64,000 nt of DNA, from contig PKTG01000083.1 of assembly GCA_002869225.1 (NCBI GenBank), forward strand, positions 74,732 to 138,731, in the 5' to 3' direction. The notes below the pieces were generated by a model. That model saw nothing but the letters and a program-made list of their open reading frames with translations, ran no database searches and was not told the origin of the DNA. Positions 29,252-40,511 of this stretch are shown here, piece after piece. The translations under genes and the position numbers were made by a program. This DNA is from Candidatus Muiribacterium halophilum. GTDB taxonomy: Bacteria > Muiribacteriota > Muiribacteriia > Muiribacteriales > Muiribacteriaceae. The stretch's first letter is position 1; each line of letters opens with the position of its first letter.

Positions 29252-30122
29252 TCCGGAAATATTCACAGAAAAAACATTACAAAACATTTCATTTATTTTA
29301 ATTTTTTTACTATCTATTTTTTTAGTGAAATCTGATAATTTAAACTTAGATATCACTAACTTTTTCAAGGAGATAAGTTTTTTTTATCTCTCATTTTTTT
29401 GCTTTATTCTAACCTCAAGATATGTCACTAGTGAAAAGAAAAAGAAACTCTTACCTTTTCTATTTCTGAACAGTTTTATTTTTCTTAATCTAAAATTATT
29501 CCTTGAAAATAAAACTACAATATTTTTCTATTTCATTTTGATCTATATAAATCTTATCTTTTTATTTTTATTAAAGATGACTAAGTTTCTCTCAATTATC
29601 AGATCTATTATCATCTTATTACATATTAACCTACAAAGCTATGGACTGTTTTTAGTAAAAGATTATATTTTGCACAATAACGATATTTTTAAATATCTTA
29701 CCATGACCTTATTTGTTATTAGTGTTTATCTTTTTGATAATGATAAAAAAAGAGATCTTTTAAAGAATTTTTTCAAGCTTTTTCTAGTAACTCTTGCTTT
29801 TAATCTTATAAAAGAAAAATCTTTCATCATCCCGGGCAATCATTTTCTGATATTAATATTACTAACAATAAGATCCTATTTTGCTAAGGGATACAAAAAG
29901 ATGAATAAACAAAATATTATAATTCTTTATTTAGGGACAACGTTCTTATACATTCTTTTTGGTAGTTATATCTTTTTTGGATTGACTTTGATATGTCTTA
30001 CAATAGATACTTCTTTAAGATTTATAATTAAAAGACATTTCTTGACATATATCAATTGGTCTAAATATTTGTTGTTGATGATCTATTTTATATTATACTA
30101 TAATACTCAGGGGATATCGTGA
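29229..30122 (+). CDS. Polytopic membrane protein, unknown family
   Basis: 297 aa, hydrophobic, overlapping both neighbours, which suggests translational coupling. Confidence 0.55.
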   Translation: MKKRLIFNPEIFTEKTLQNISFILIFLLSIFLVKSDNLNLDITNFFKEISFFYLSFFCFILTSRYVTSEKKKKLLPFLFLNSFIFLNLKLFLENKTTIFFYFILIYINLIFLFLLKMTKFLSIIRSIIILLHINLQSYGLFLVKDYILHNNDIFKYLTMTLFVISVYLFDNDKKRDLLKNFFKLFLVTLAFNLIKEKSFIIPGNHFLILILLTIRSYFAKGYKKMNKQNIIILYLGTTFLYILFGSYIFFGLTLICLTIDTSLRFIIKRHFLTYINWSKYLLLMIYFILYYNTQGIS

Positions 30123-31093
30123 GCGTTTCAAGAAGACAGATACTTTTTTTTATTTTTATAGTCTTTTTAACTTTTTTTGAAAGCTATATATCCATGGGTG
30201 ATCTAATACCATTTCATTTCCTGTTCCACAGTATATTATGGTATATATTCACATTTTTCATTTGTTATTTCATACTAAGAGATCTTATAAGATACAAAGA
30301 TTACACTCTCGGTGCATGCCTTATGCTAATACCAGCATTTGCACTTAGAATATCTCTTTTATTCCATGAAAATAAAGAACTAGTATATATACATAATGAT
30401 AATATTATTGGGTTTATAAAAAACTTTTTTTCCTTCACACTCCACAGTAACATTCATCCTTTTATGAAGATCGAGATCATATCAATCATAATATTTTCAT
30501 TTATTTTCTCCAGATGGTTTCTAAAAAAGAAATTGCTTGAGAGTTTAAAGATAACGTTTCTGATATATTTTGGTTGTTTTATAGCCGGCTCTCTTCTAAA
30601 TGCTTATCAACTATCAGTTTTCGATAGCATACACACTCTTATCGCACTTAACAGTATTCTTATTATTCTTCTACTTAAAGAAAAGATAAGAAAGATTGCA
30701 TTTTCTTATTTTTTTATTATATTTTTTATCAGTAATATATATTATTTCATGTTTTTTAACTTAAAATTCATACAGGTATTATTAAACGCTTTAATATCAA
30801 GTGGGTTCTGGATGCTCTTCTTTTTACTTAGAGTAATGGCATTGGATCTATTTTTAAAAAGAACCAATAATTCTTCATTTATTAGATTTAATATTCTAAT
30901 AAATTATACGATCCTTTTATCCTTATCATCTATATTTTTCTTACATAGATCTTATACAGTTATTATTGTCTTATTATTCATGATAGATAATATTATAGTA
31001 AATAGACCAACGAAAGAGATTCGTTTTCATATGTATTTTATTTTCTATCCTATAATATTATTGTTACTATCCTATTTATTTAATAATCAATAG
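30119..31093 (+). CDS. Polytopic membrane protein, unknown family (paralog of 27099-28007)
   Basis: 324 aa and the last gene of the five-gene operon. Confidence 0.6.
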   Translation: MSVSRRQILFFIFIVFLTFFESYISMGDLIPFHFLFHSILWYIFTFFICYFILRDLIRYKDYTLGACLMLIPAFALRISLLFHENKELVYIHNDNIIGFIKNFFSFTLHSNIHPFMKIEIISIIIFSFIFSRWFLKKKLLESLKITFLIYFGCFIAGSLLNAYQLSVFDSIHTLIALNSILIILLLKEKIRKIAFSYFFIIFFISNIYYFMFFNLKFIQVLLNALISSGFWMLFFLLRVMALDLFLKRTNNSSFIRFNILINYTILLSLSSIFFLHRSYTVIIVLLFMIDNIIVNRPTKEIRFHMYFIFYPIILLLLSYLFNNQ

Positions 31094-31424
31094 TATTAGA
31101 TGAATCAGCCTCTATAAAATCTGTATCAAGAAGCACATTGCTTGTAGCCTTATCAATGACTTGCACTCTTATATATACTTCCCTTTTAGATGCATAAGTG
31201 CCATAGGTACCACAATTATATACATCACCAGAACCAAACGTTGCCCCATCAAGCGAAGTTGAATCACTACCGCTTTCTATCCATTTAGAATCCCAACCAC
31301 CGCTCCAATAACCAATGGTCATATCGACCTGATATTCAACCTGATCATCTCTACTTGAAATTTGAATACTCGGCTTATATTTATAACCATCCCAATCATT
31401 TCCTGATCTATTCCTATATATAGA
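31080..31424 (-). CDS. C-terminal segment of the giant pilin-headed reading frame (follows the in-frame TAA at 31425-31427)
   Basis: The frame stays open straight after the TAA: ...RKRRALV*SIYRNRSGNDWDGYKYKPSIQISSRDDQVEYQVDMTIGYWSGGWDSKW.... The track lists only 31080-31322. Confidence 0.6.
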   Translation of the reverse strand, partial: SIYRNRSGNDWDGYKYKPSIQISSRDDQVEYQVDMTIGYWSGGWDSKWIESGSDSTSLDGATFGSGDVYNCGTYGTYASKREVYIRVQVIDKATSNVLLDTDFIEADSSNTIDY

Positions 31425-34400
31425 TTATACAAGTGCTCTTCTTTTTCTAACCGTTACAGTATTTGAAAACAATGAGGTATCATCAGCTCCTCTTAACACT
31501 CTTGCCTTAAAATAATAATAACCATAATTTAAACCACTAAATGGATATGTTAGATTTCCATCCCTCGGTCTTGTCCTACTTAAAGTAAACGCTGAATCTC
31601 CAGGTCTTTTCCACCAGATCTCAACATTATCCCATTGAAGTGGAGTTCCCTCAAGAGCAGAACCAGAATAATTTATATCTAAAGTTATTTCAAGTGGATT
31701 ATCAATACCTGGTATAAGTTCGGTATCAGTTGTTGTTAAAACAGGTGGTGGTGGTATTCTGACGCTATGTGATACGATTGAAGAAGCAGCTCCATTATAG
31801 AGAAGCTGTGAATAAAAAGTTATATTACCAGGTACTTTAAAGTATGAATTAAGTGAAGTTGTATCTTTTTCGTTAATTGGTGCTGGAGTCAAAGCTATAT
31901 TCATAGGGGTAGTATATCCCTGAGGTGTTCCAAGTAATACATAAGATATAGGGTTCGGTGGTGTAAAATTAATCGGCGGCAGTAGTCTTATAAGATAGTT
32001 ACCATCCCAATCCTCATAAAAATCATTTGAACCATCTGAGTTTACATCAACATTATAAGAAGGACTATCAAATAGAGGAACAGGAGGCCTGATCTGAAAT
32101 GATCCGGATACTTCCGGTCCCATCTCATATCCAAGAAATCTTATTGCATCTGAAGTTGGTTTTTTTGATCCAAACCTGACTTTGAAATTATTATTCCCAA
32201 TATTATCATAGGCAGCTGTTCCCATAATAGGTTCAAGGACAACCGGATCAAATTGATCTGTAGTTGAATTTATGTCATAGTTCTTTTCATGGATTAAAGT
32301 TCCAGAATCATCTTCTACCTCTAATCTCATAACACTTGCTCTTGCTCCGTTATCTTTAGGATTAGAATTTAGTATTTGTGTTAAACCACCACCAGCAGCT
32401 ATTCCAGGCCATTCCCCGTCACTAATTGCAGCTAAAGATTTTCCAGCATATCTTATTCTAAAATCAATCTCTTTTCTACCTGTTGAATTTTCTGCAACAA
32501 AAGTAAACATAAGTTCACCAGAGATATTAGGATTAACAGCTATATTAAAGTATTTTCCAAGGTTGTAACTATTTGTAAAACCAAGGTTTACAACTGGAGG
32601 ATCTCCAGAAACCTTTGTCGGGCAAGTAGATTCGATCATATAATTATCAACATTTTTATCTCTCGTCCACTCAAGCATAGGTGTATAATGAGAGTTTTCA
32701 TTATTTGTAGGATTTCCATCAAGATCCATAAATATAGGTAGTGTAGGATCAGAAGAATTGTAGGTTCCACCATAATAATCCCTTATGTTAAATCTTCCTT
32801 TTGAATCATAATCCTTATAGGTAAGATCAAAATCACTTGGAATAGGTGGATCAACAAACAGAACATATTTAATACATTTATTAAGCACATCGTTCATCGT
32901 AAGAGTATATGATCCCTCATGATAATAAGCTCTTGATTTTTTCATAAAAGCTTTCTGATTTATAAACACATTTCTCTTTTTATCCGTACCAACTGCATGC
33001 TCATATGCTATTAAAAGTCTTCTGCTAGGAGAATAAATTGGAGTTGTTGCTCCCGTCTTTACGTTATGTATTACCTCAGGAAGCGTCATATTGTCGTGAA
33101 TATCTACTATATTCCCAAAAGTCTCGGTTTGAAATACAGTTTTAAATGGAAGCCCTCCAGAAACATTACTCTTATTAACATACATAGCATTTGAAGGGGA
33201 TGGATAACCCTCGCTTGGCATAGCTCTAACTAAGTGAAGTCCACTATAAGTACTACCTGTTCTCATCTCAGAACAAAACCAATTTTTAAGTATACCACCG
33301 TTTTCTATAAAAGGTGCATCACTTGTTAGTATTGACCATTTTTTGTTAGATACCAACAGATTGTAAAAAATCGATTCATTTGTTGTATAGTTAGCGTTTA
33401 CAAGAAGCACATCAATATTTTCAAGAACTGATTTATAATCTTTTGGATCATAAGGATTGATATCGATGCAACCCGGATCCTCTATTGAATTATTGTTCAA
33501 ACCTTGTTTAATCATGTCTGTAACATTATCATAATCGGTTTTTGATATAGGCAAATTTATTGGATCTGCTACTCTTAGTATCACAGCGTTTTGTAAATCC
33601 TTTATTTCAGCATCCTGCTTAAGATGTTTTAAAGGAGCAAATAGCTGTTCATATGGAGTAGCTATTGCAGCAGTAGGCAAAGGAGCAGTCCAGTTATCAT
33701 CTCCGAAAGCTACAATATTTTTCATACCCGGACGCCAAAGAACGGAACGGTCGGAAACTAAAACGGCTATCGTCTTACCTGTATTACCATTTTTTACCAA
33801 TATGAATCTTTCCGGTCCATATTCTGTATATTCCTCTATATCACCTGACTTAAAGCCAGCCCTTGATCTGTATATATATAAACCAGCTGTAACATTATTA
33901 AGATTAGTCAAAGCGACGTGATTATTATTGGATATATTCTCTTCCCATACTCCGACTTCACTTGAATCAAAACCAATCGTATATTTAGCATATTCGAGTC
34001 TATAAGTGTTTGCTCCTGGAATAAGGTCCATCTCAATAAATTTAGAGCCTGATATGAGTTCGTTTTCAGTATAATAATCCGGTCCAATTACTCTTGGTGG
34101 TTTTTCTACGTGAAAGACATCAGTAGCATCAAAAGCAACACCAGAATCTGAGTCACCTATAATAGCAGGATTTTGAGAGTTTTCTGTATGCTCAAAAGGA
34201 GCATTATTATATGCATAAATTCTAACAACATAGCTACCATAATCTAATTTTTGGGTAGTTGTATAACTTGTTACCGTTCCTGGTAGAGTCAAGTATAAGG
34301 CTTGTACCCAACCACCAGCGGTCAATTTTTTCATTATGACAAGAGTATAATAAAAGATAGGATGGTAGGCATCAACATTATGTTCCCATTCTAAAGTAAC

Positions 34401-34448
34401 AAACCCGTCAAAATCATGACCATTAACAGGACAATCTATACTTGTAAA
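31425..34448 (-). CDS. Third segment of the giant reading frame: large beta-rich surface protein (FN3/Ig-like modules)
   Basis: The track ORF is 31425-34334 (969 aa). The 38 codons upstream of its ATG are open and read as protein (FTSIDCPVNGHDFDGFVTLEWEHNVDAYHPIFYYTLVI). They are in frame with the TAA at 34449-34451 that ends the previous segment. Confidence 0.7.
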   Translation of the reverse strand, partial: FTSIDCPVNGHDFDGFVTLEWEHNVDAYHPIFYYTLVIMKKLTAGGWVQALYLTLPGTVTSYTTTQKLDYGSYVVRIYAYNNAPFEHTENSQNPAIIGDSDSGVAFDATDVFHVEKPPRVIGPDYYTENELISGSKFIEMDLIPGANTYRLEYAKYTIGFDSSEVGVWEENISNNNHVALTNLNNVTAGLYIYRSRAGFKSGDIEEYTEYGPERFILVKNGNTGKTIAVLVSDRSVLWRPGMKNIVAFGDDNWTAPLPTAAIATPYEQLFAPLKHLKQDAEIKDLQNAVILRVADPINLPISKTDYDNVTDMIKQGLNNNSIEDPGCIDINPYDPKDYKSVLENIDVLLVNANYTTNESIFYNLLVSNKKWSILTSDAPFIENGGILKNWFCSEMRTGSTYSGLHLVRAMPSEGYPSPSNAMYVNKSNVSGGLPFKTVFQTETFGNIVDIHDNMTLPEVIHNVKTGATTPIYSPSRRLLIAYEHAVGTDKKRNVFINQKAFMKKSRAYYHEGSYTLTMNDVLNKCIKYVLFVDPPIPSDFDLTYKDYDSKGRFNIRDYYGGTYNSSDPTLPIFMDLDGNPTNNENSHYTPMLEWTRDKNVDNYMIESTCPTKVSGDPPVVNLGFTNSYNLGKYFNIAVNPNISGELMFTFVAENSTGRKEIDFRIRYAGKSLAAISDGEWPGIAAGGGLTQILNSNPKDNGARASVMRLEVEDDSGTLIHEKNYDINSTTDQFDPVVLEPIMGTAAYDNIGNNNFKVRFGSKKPTSDAIRFLGYEMGPEVSGSFQIRPPVPLFDSPSYNVDVNSDGSNDFYEDWDGNYLIRLLPPINFTPPNPISYVLLGTPQGYTTPMNIALTPAPINEKDTTSLNSYFKVPGNITFYSQLLYNGAASSIVSHSVRIPPPPVLTTTDTELIPGIDNPLEITLDINYSGSALEGTPLQWDNVEIWWKRPGDSAFTLSRTRPRDGNLTYPFSGLNYGYYYFKARVLRGADDTSLFSNTVTVRKRRALV

Positions 34449-37400
34449 TTAAAAATCAAGTGGTGGCTCAGGGGGATCTGGCATAGGCATTGGAACAGGA
34501 AACTCAGAAATCCCGTTTATAAGACCAAATACTGGGATACTTACTTTTATAAGATCATTCCAGTCAGCGTTTATATAATTATAATCTGTAGTGGAATTAC
34601 TATATCCGTTTATCGTAAATGTCCCATTATACTCATCAGTACCAGCAGGTCTAGTTAAAATAAAATATCCCTTTTGCTTAGGAGAAGAAAGAAAATTCAC
34701 CTGTGCAGAAGCAGGAGTCATATAATGTCTGACTAAAAAAGCCCCTATAGAGTTGTCCAGGGATGGTCCGGAAAAAAAAGAATTAAAGACACCAAAATCA
34801 AATTGAGTCGCTCCCGGATCTGTAATAAGTGTAAACTGAACATCCTTATCCTTTTGTATATAATTTGGATCCTGATAAACATCCATTCCGTATATCTCTG
34901 AAGTGTCATAAGTTTTCACCTGAAAATCAGCTGAAGTTGAAATATCAACTGGATCAGGTAGAGAAAGTGGATTAATTGAAACTGAAAAAGGAGGATTCTC
35001 GATATAATTACATATAACAGAAGTATTTATTGTGTTAACACTTCCATCAAAACCCTTAAAGTTATTATTTGTAATTACAATAAGATCTGAAGACCCATTT
35101 AGATTAAAAGCATATTCTGAGTTTGAATGATTAAAATAAAATGCCAGCTCATTTAAATTATTTCCATCTATTATATAAAAATCTGAACCGTTTTCCGGTT
35201 TATAAAAAAGATTATTTTTAAAGATAAAAGAGTCAGGAACACCATCAGATGATAACTCAGAAGTATTATAAACTTTAAACAGTTTATCATTGTTTCCTGA
35301 ATAGATAAACTCATTCCCTTCAATAATAAATGGATCATCGACTACGACATTTGAAATCTCAAATGGTGATACTGCACCTAATGAATCTGCAAAAGTATTA
35401 TTGTTTATATTTGCATTATTTAAAGTCAGAGTATCTATCTTCAAAAAACCACCACACGCTTTGTCGGCATCCGGATCAAATCCTGATATATCACCAAATT
35501 CATTTCCTTCTATCAAAAGATTACATGACCCATACTTGAGATAGAATATGTGATCTACCCCATAACATTTTTCAAAAGTATTGTTGAGAATCTCAATGTT
35601 CTGAGGTACAAAATCAAAGTAAATACCTCCGCTTCTATAAAATTCATTATCCGTAAACTCTACCATAGAAGGAGAATCACTCGAAGTGCCGTTTAGACCA
35701 AAGTATTTTGAAGGAGTCGTATTTCCATTTTCTAGCTTTATACCATCAACAAAAAAAGTATAATTATATGGACCGATCTTATTATCTGTAAATTCAAATG
35801 ATGATAATGAGTTTAGTTGACTCATTCTGAACATCGCTGAATTCTTAAATCCTATAATAGAATCCTTTATCTGAAAGTATATACCGTTATAATCGGTATT
35901 AATTACACTATTATCTGATACCATCATAAAACAATCCTCAAATTGCAATACACCATTAACAGTGTTATTCTTAACAATATTTTCCCATACCAGGTTCGCG
36001 TTCTTTATTGAGAATTTCATCTTTGGCTGCATTGAATAAATACCTATTGGAAGATTTTCAGGATCGGTGTCAGGATCTATTCCTCCCCATCTTTCCCAAT
36101 TCTTATAGCTGGAAAATTTTGAATCAAGTACTCTAATATCATTAAATTCAGCATACGGATGTGCAGTCTGTACCGTTATACTTCCTGCAGAAGAAATCTT
36201 TATTCCGTCATCCCCCGTCATAACAACTTGCGGCGTCACTATACCCATAGCACTTCCTGAATTGGCAAATCTCACCTGGGAATTGACCTCTATATCTCCA
36301 AGACATACAAGTCTATGCTCATTTGTAGCAGGATAATACGGTACCGTAATAGCACTATCTATACTCCCCATGACTGCTCTCGGGAATACGTTAACTACTG
36401 CCGCAACTGCACCATCAGGAGTATTGACTATATTATTATCTCCCCAATAGTTATATCTCCAATCAAAAGGATCTGAAAGAGGTACTGGTATATATGAGTT
36501 TGGATCTATATAATCTGATTCTTTCTCAAATATATTAAACGACATCATATTTGATACAGCATTAAACTCATTTCCAGCCTCTGACGCATAAAACCCGAAA
36601 CAATAACCATTTTCTTCACCAAATCGATTGTAGACTATTTCCTGTAATCGTGGTCCATAATTTTCCTCATTTATCATACTCTGGGATCTCATTGCAAAAA
36701 TACAATCAGCTTTATCAACAACTGAGTATTTCAAATTTATATCTCCATATACTCTGAACCCTTCCCACTGTGATTGAGGTTGAAGTCCGGTATCTGTAAA
36801 AATACTCGCTACCTCTGATGTATCCTGATCTATTATCATTGAATCAGCAGAAAATGATGCAGCATCTCCTCCGGTTGATTTTCTTATCTCAATAAACGGT
36901 TTGATAAACTCAGAAAAAAGATACAAACGACCATCCTTAAAATTTGCACTTCCAGAAGAATTTATCCTAAGATGATGTCTTATCACCGATTCACCTTCGT
37001 AGCTTCTTGGTTGATCTATTCTTCCAAAGAGTACATATGGTTCTGTTATAGTATTTGTAAAACTTTTACTTGTATTCTCACCCCAATAATTATATTTACA
37101 GTCTGCAACTTTAGAACTGGTATTTGTTACTTCATTAACACATCTAACAAAATAATTTAACTTAGTATTAATTGAAAGATTCGGAAGCGATCCGGAAAGG
37201 CTCAGAACAGAATCACATCCTGAGAATATATTGTTCATTATATTTAGATCTTTCGGACCACTTGTCATATAATCAGATATATCAAAGAAATAATCACAAT
37301 CGTTTATGTTATTATCAGAAAATCTTATGTCAGCCTCAGTAGCTTCAAGAACATTATCACAGGATGCAAAATCATTGTATGTTACATCAAGTTCTCCTGC

Positions 37401-40400
37401 ATTTGTATATATAACATCAACTGGAATGTTGGAAAACATATTGGATGAAAGTTCAACCTGCGGACAATTGTTCAGATCGATAGATCTAACAACAGTTCCT
37501 GTAAAGATGTTGTTCTCGATCTTTCCGGTGAAAGTATTAAGAACCAGATCATTTTCATTCGCCTTAAAAATATTCCCTTCTATCGTTACATCATCAAAAG
37601 TACCAGTTAATGAAATGGAGGTAAGATTTTTACTGAAGATAGAATCACGAACATCTAAAAAAGAGTTTCCGTGTTTGATTATAGCATTACTGGCATAATA
37701 AAACTCACAGTTCTGCGCAGATATGGAAGCACCTTCATCAAGATCAATTCCTGCATAATCACCAGAAGCAGGAGCTCCTCCTGATGGATTCATACATGCT
37801 CCAAATGTATTATCTTTAAGCGATGTAAAGACAGTTCCTTTAGCATATAAAAACGAACCATCTTCCAGTTTTATTCTTGCCCCTGTATCAAACTTTAATA
37901 TCGTATCATCCTGTATTATGAGTTTTTTTCCGGTCTTTACAACAAGATCATCCTCTATTACATATTGCCTATCAGAAGTCCATACTGTATCCTCATCTAT
38001 CTCACCATTATATTCATTTGTTGTAAATACAAATTCTCTAGCAACAAGATGAGGTATCACCCTTGTAGTATGTTCTGTTTTCCAATTAGACATAGAACTT
38101 GTCAGAACATATTCGTCTACCTTTTGATCCTTATTCTCTACTATTACCTTTATTATCTTTGTCCTTACAGGTTCTTTTATGGAATACATTCCGTTATCTG
38201 TTGCTGCAAATATTGTATTATTATCTTTACTCACTTCAATTTTATATATCTGGGTCACATCAGGTATAGTTACGTTCTTTCTCTGCACAAAGTCTTTCTT
38301 ATCGATATCATAGGTGTATAAGGTGTTACCACTTGCAATATAAAGGAATTTATTATCCCAGGATGTCTTCCAATCCGTTATTGAGTTAAAATCTGTCGAT
38401 TTTGTAAATTCCTTCGTAAACACAGTATCCTGATTGAATCTTATCTTCAATGAATCCAATGTAAGTGAAGCAAAATCATTTGTATCAGAATCATCCAATC
38501 TAAAACCTATTGAAAGAACATTTGATGGAGGAACATTATAGGTATCTGTAAAATTGCCAGTCGCCACAATATCCGTCTTAACAGGTGCATCTGATAATGT
38601 CCCGGATGTCTGATCAAGTAGACTCTTACTTATAATACCGTTATAACAAAAAAATTGGATGTTCCCCTGAACATTCTCAATTTGTGCATCAACAGAAAAA
38701 GTCCTTAGATATTTTGGGATTGGAAATACAAAGGTCCTGTAAAATAGAACAGAACAAAGATTGCTGTTATCATCACTTCCTATTATCGGCTTTGTGTTGA
38801 CCTCTATCTTTCCTGAGTCCTGTTCTATCTGGAACCCTTCATTTGCACCTGTTGAGTAAGATGCAAAGCTGTATCCATTAAAATCATCGAATTCATCCTC
38901 GAACTTATCCTGATAGGAATAAATATCAATTTTTTTCTCAGTATCAGAGAAGGCTACAAATCTGTCTTCTTTGTCTATATTACATAGGTTCTTATAAACA
39001 TCCTCTGTTGAATTTGAGTCTATGTTTTTTGAATAAATAAAATCCACATCTCCATTATCTTTCGAAGTTATAAGTGTATTTCCTGAGGCTGATAGAGTAC
39101 TGGCGATCGCATCATAATCCATATCAGATATATTATTTGTAAAGGTATCTAAAAAGTATATCTTTGAATTCGTCTTTGAAAACATGAACAAAGTCTTACC
39201 ATCTTTGGAACAAAGTATATTGTCTATTCCGGAAAAGTAATTAAAAGTCTTAAGATCTGTAAGTTCTGATGAAAGACTATAAAGAAGCGTTCCATCTGAG
39301 AAAAGCACTTCCTGATTATTTACGGCAAAGTTTCTTATCCCATTTTTGGCAAAATATCTATAATCAGTAATATCCCCTCTGTGGAATCTATATAATCCGT
39401 CGGTTGCAATAATATATATATATTTATTTGTCACTTTGAGATCAATAAGATCATCGTTTATATTTATAGGTTTGTTATAACTAGTTGTCGATTTTGTTTT
39501 CAGGCTATAAAAATTTATTGTGTTCTGACCCAAGTAGACTATCTCACCTGAATCTTCCAGAAAGTCCATATCTATTACAGAACCGTTGTTTATAAGATCT
39601 GCTACACCAAGATAACCGCCATCTGTCTTGAAAAATTTATTGGAATCGCCTTCTTTTCCGCCAAAATAATATTCATCATCTATATATGAGTATACTATTG
39701 ATTCCAGTTTCTCATATTCAAGGCTCACCTGATTAGATAAGGCATCTCCATCTACATCATATTTATATACATAATCTCCACTAGTTGTGAATACAAACTC
39801 GTTGTTAAATACATCATAATAAGCTGATGTGAGTTTAGAAGAAGGTAAAGAAAACTCGTATATAGATGATGTAAGGTCGGTGTTTTCAAGTATTGCTACT
39901 TTATCGGAATAACCTAGGACTGTCTTACCTTGTAAGGTATAAAGAAAATAACAATCTGTATAATCTCCTATCTTTTCAAAATCTACATAAAGACCGTTTA
40001 CTCCGGCAGTAGCAAATTTACCATCAATAAAACACATATCCTCTATTCCCTGAAGAGCTTCTCCTGAAAAGGTCCTTATAAGATTCAATTCTCCCAGTGA
40101 ATAGGAATAGACTTCCATATTATCACCATAATTTACATATATTATCTTCGAATCAGGAGTAGTCGCTATGTTTAAAGGGAGATCGGGCAAAGTCACCTGA
40201 GTCTCGATAGTTCCCGAAAAAGGATTTGCTACAATAAGAGCTTTATTGGAATTATTGACAGCAAACATCCTGTTTCCATCTCTCGAAAGAGTTATATTGG
40301 TTAAGACATCCGGGAAATATGCCAATTTTTCAGGGACAAATTCCAATCCATCAGCTGCTGATATTCTTTGACCGTTAGCATTATATATCTCTACTTTTCT

Positions 40401-40511
40401 TTTATAATCAGAATACTGATCCTGTATATCACCTGATATATCCGATATTGCTCCGTAATCCTCAAAAAATCCATCATAATCATCTATATCATCAAAATCT
40501 CTACGGTTGAT
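34449..40511 (-). CDS. Second segment of the giant reading frame: protein of about 2000 aa with propeller-like repeats and right-handed parallel beta-helix (PbH1/NosD-like) repeats
   Basis: The track ORF is 34449-40346 (1965 aa, TTG start). The 55 codons upstream are open and acidic (INRRDFDDIDDYDGFFEDYGAISDISGDIQDQ...). They are in frame with the TAG at 40512-40514. Repeats such as IEGNIFKANENDLVLNTFTGKIENNIFTG indicate a beta-helix. Confidence 0.7.
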   Translation of the reverse strand: MNRRDFDDIDDYDGFFEDYGAISDISGDIQDQYSDYKRKVEIYNANGQRISAADGLEFVPEKLAYFPDVLTNITLSRDGNRMFAVNNSNKALIVANPFSGTIETQVTLPDLPLNIATTPDSKIIYVNYGDNMEVYSYSLGELNLIRTFSGEALQGIEDMCFIDGKFATAGVNGLYVDFEKIGDYTDCYFLYTLQGKTVLGYSDKVAILENTDLTSSIYEFSLPSSKLTSAYYDVFNNEFVFTTSGDYVYKYDVDGDALSNQVSLEYEKLESIVYSYIDDEYYFGGKEGDSNKFFKTDGGYLGVADLINNGSVIDMDFLEDSGEIVYLGQNTINFYSLKTKSTTSYNKPININDDLIDLKVTNKYIYIIATDGLYRFHRGDITDYRYFAKNGIRNFAVNNQEVLFSDGTLLYSLSSELTDLKTFNYFSGIDNILCSKDGKTLFMFSKTNSKIYFLDTFTNNISDMDYDAIASTLSASGNTLITSKDNGDVDFIYSKNIDSNSTEDVYKNLCNIDKEDRFVAFSDTEKKIDIYSYQDKFEDEFDDFNGYSFASYSTGANEGFQIEQDSGKIEVNTKPIIGSDDNSNLCSVLFYRTFVFPIPKYLRTFSVDAQIENVQGNIQFFCYNGIISKSLLDQTSGTLSDAPVKTDIVATGNFTDTYNVPPSNVLSIGFRLDDSDTNDFASLTLDSLKIRFNQDTVFTKEFTKSTDFNSITDWKTSWDNKFLYIASGNTLYTYDIDKKDFVQRKNVTIPDVTQIYKIEVSKDNNTIFAATDNGMYSIKEPVRTKIIKVIVENKDQKVDEYVLTSSMSNWKTEHTTRVIPHLVAREFVFTTNEYNGEIDEDTVWTSDRQYVIEDDLVVKTGKKLIIQDDTILKFDTGARIKLEDGSFLYAKGTVFTSLKDNTFGACMNPSGGAPASGDYAGIDLDEGASISAQNCEFYYASNAIIKHGNSFLDVRDSIFSKNLTSISLTGTFDDVTIEGNIFKANENDLVLNTFTGKIENNIFTGTVVRSIDLNNCPQVELSSNMFSNIPVDVIYTNAGELDVTYNDFASCDNVLEATEADIRFSDNNINDCDYFFDISDYMTSGPKDLNIMNNIFSGCDSVLSLSGSLPNLSINTKLNYFVRCVNEVTNTSSKVADCKYNYWGENTSKSFTNTITEPYVLFGRIDQPRSYEGESVIRHHLRINSSGSANFKDGRLYLFSEFIKPFIEIRKSTGGDAASFSADSMIIDQDTSEVASIFTDTGLQPQSQWEGFRVYGDINLKYSVVDKADCIFAMRSQSMINEENYGPRLQEIVYNRFGEENGYCFGFYASEAGNEFNAVSNMMSFNIFEKESDYIDPNSYIPVPLSDPFDWRYNYWGDNNIVNTPDGAVAAVVNVFPRAVMGSIDSAITVPYYPATNEHRLVCLGDIEVNSQVRFANSGSAMGIVTPQVVMTGDDGIKISSAGSITVQTAHPYAEFNDIRVLDSKFSSYKNWERWGGIDPDTDPENLPIGIYSMQPKMKFSIKNANLVWENIVKNNTVNGVLQFEDCFMMVSDNSVINTDYNGIYFQIKDSIIGFKNSAMFRMSQLNSLSSFEFTDNKIGPYNYTFFVDGIKLENGNTTPSKYFGLNGTSSDSPSMVEFTDNEFYRSGGIYFDFVPQNIEILNNTFEKCYGVDHIFYLKYGSCNLLIEGNEFGDISGFDPDADKACGGFLKIDTLTLNNANINNNTFADSLGAVSPFEISNVVVDDPFIIEGNEFIYSGNNDKLFKVYNTSELSSDGVPDSFIFKNNLFYKPENGSDFYIIDGNNLNELAFYFNHSNSEYAFNLNGSSDLIVITNNNFKGFDGSVNTINTSVICNYIENPPFSVSINPLSLPDPVDISTSADFQVKTYDTSEIYGMDVYQDPNYIQKDKDVQFTLITDPGATQFDFGVFNSFFSGPSLDNSIGAFLVRHYMTPASAQVNFLSSPKQKGYFILTRPAGTDEYNGTFTINGYSNSTTDYNYINADWNDLIKVSIPVFGLINGISEFPVPMPMPDPPEPPLDF

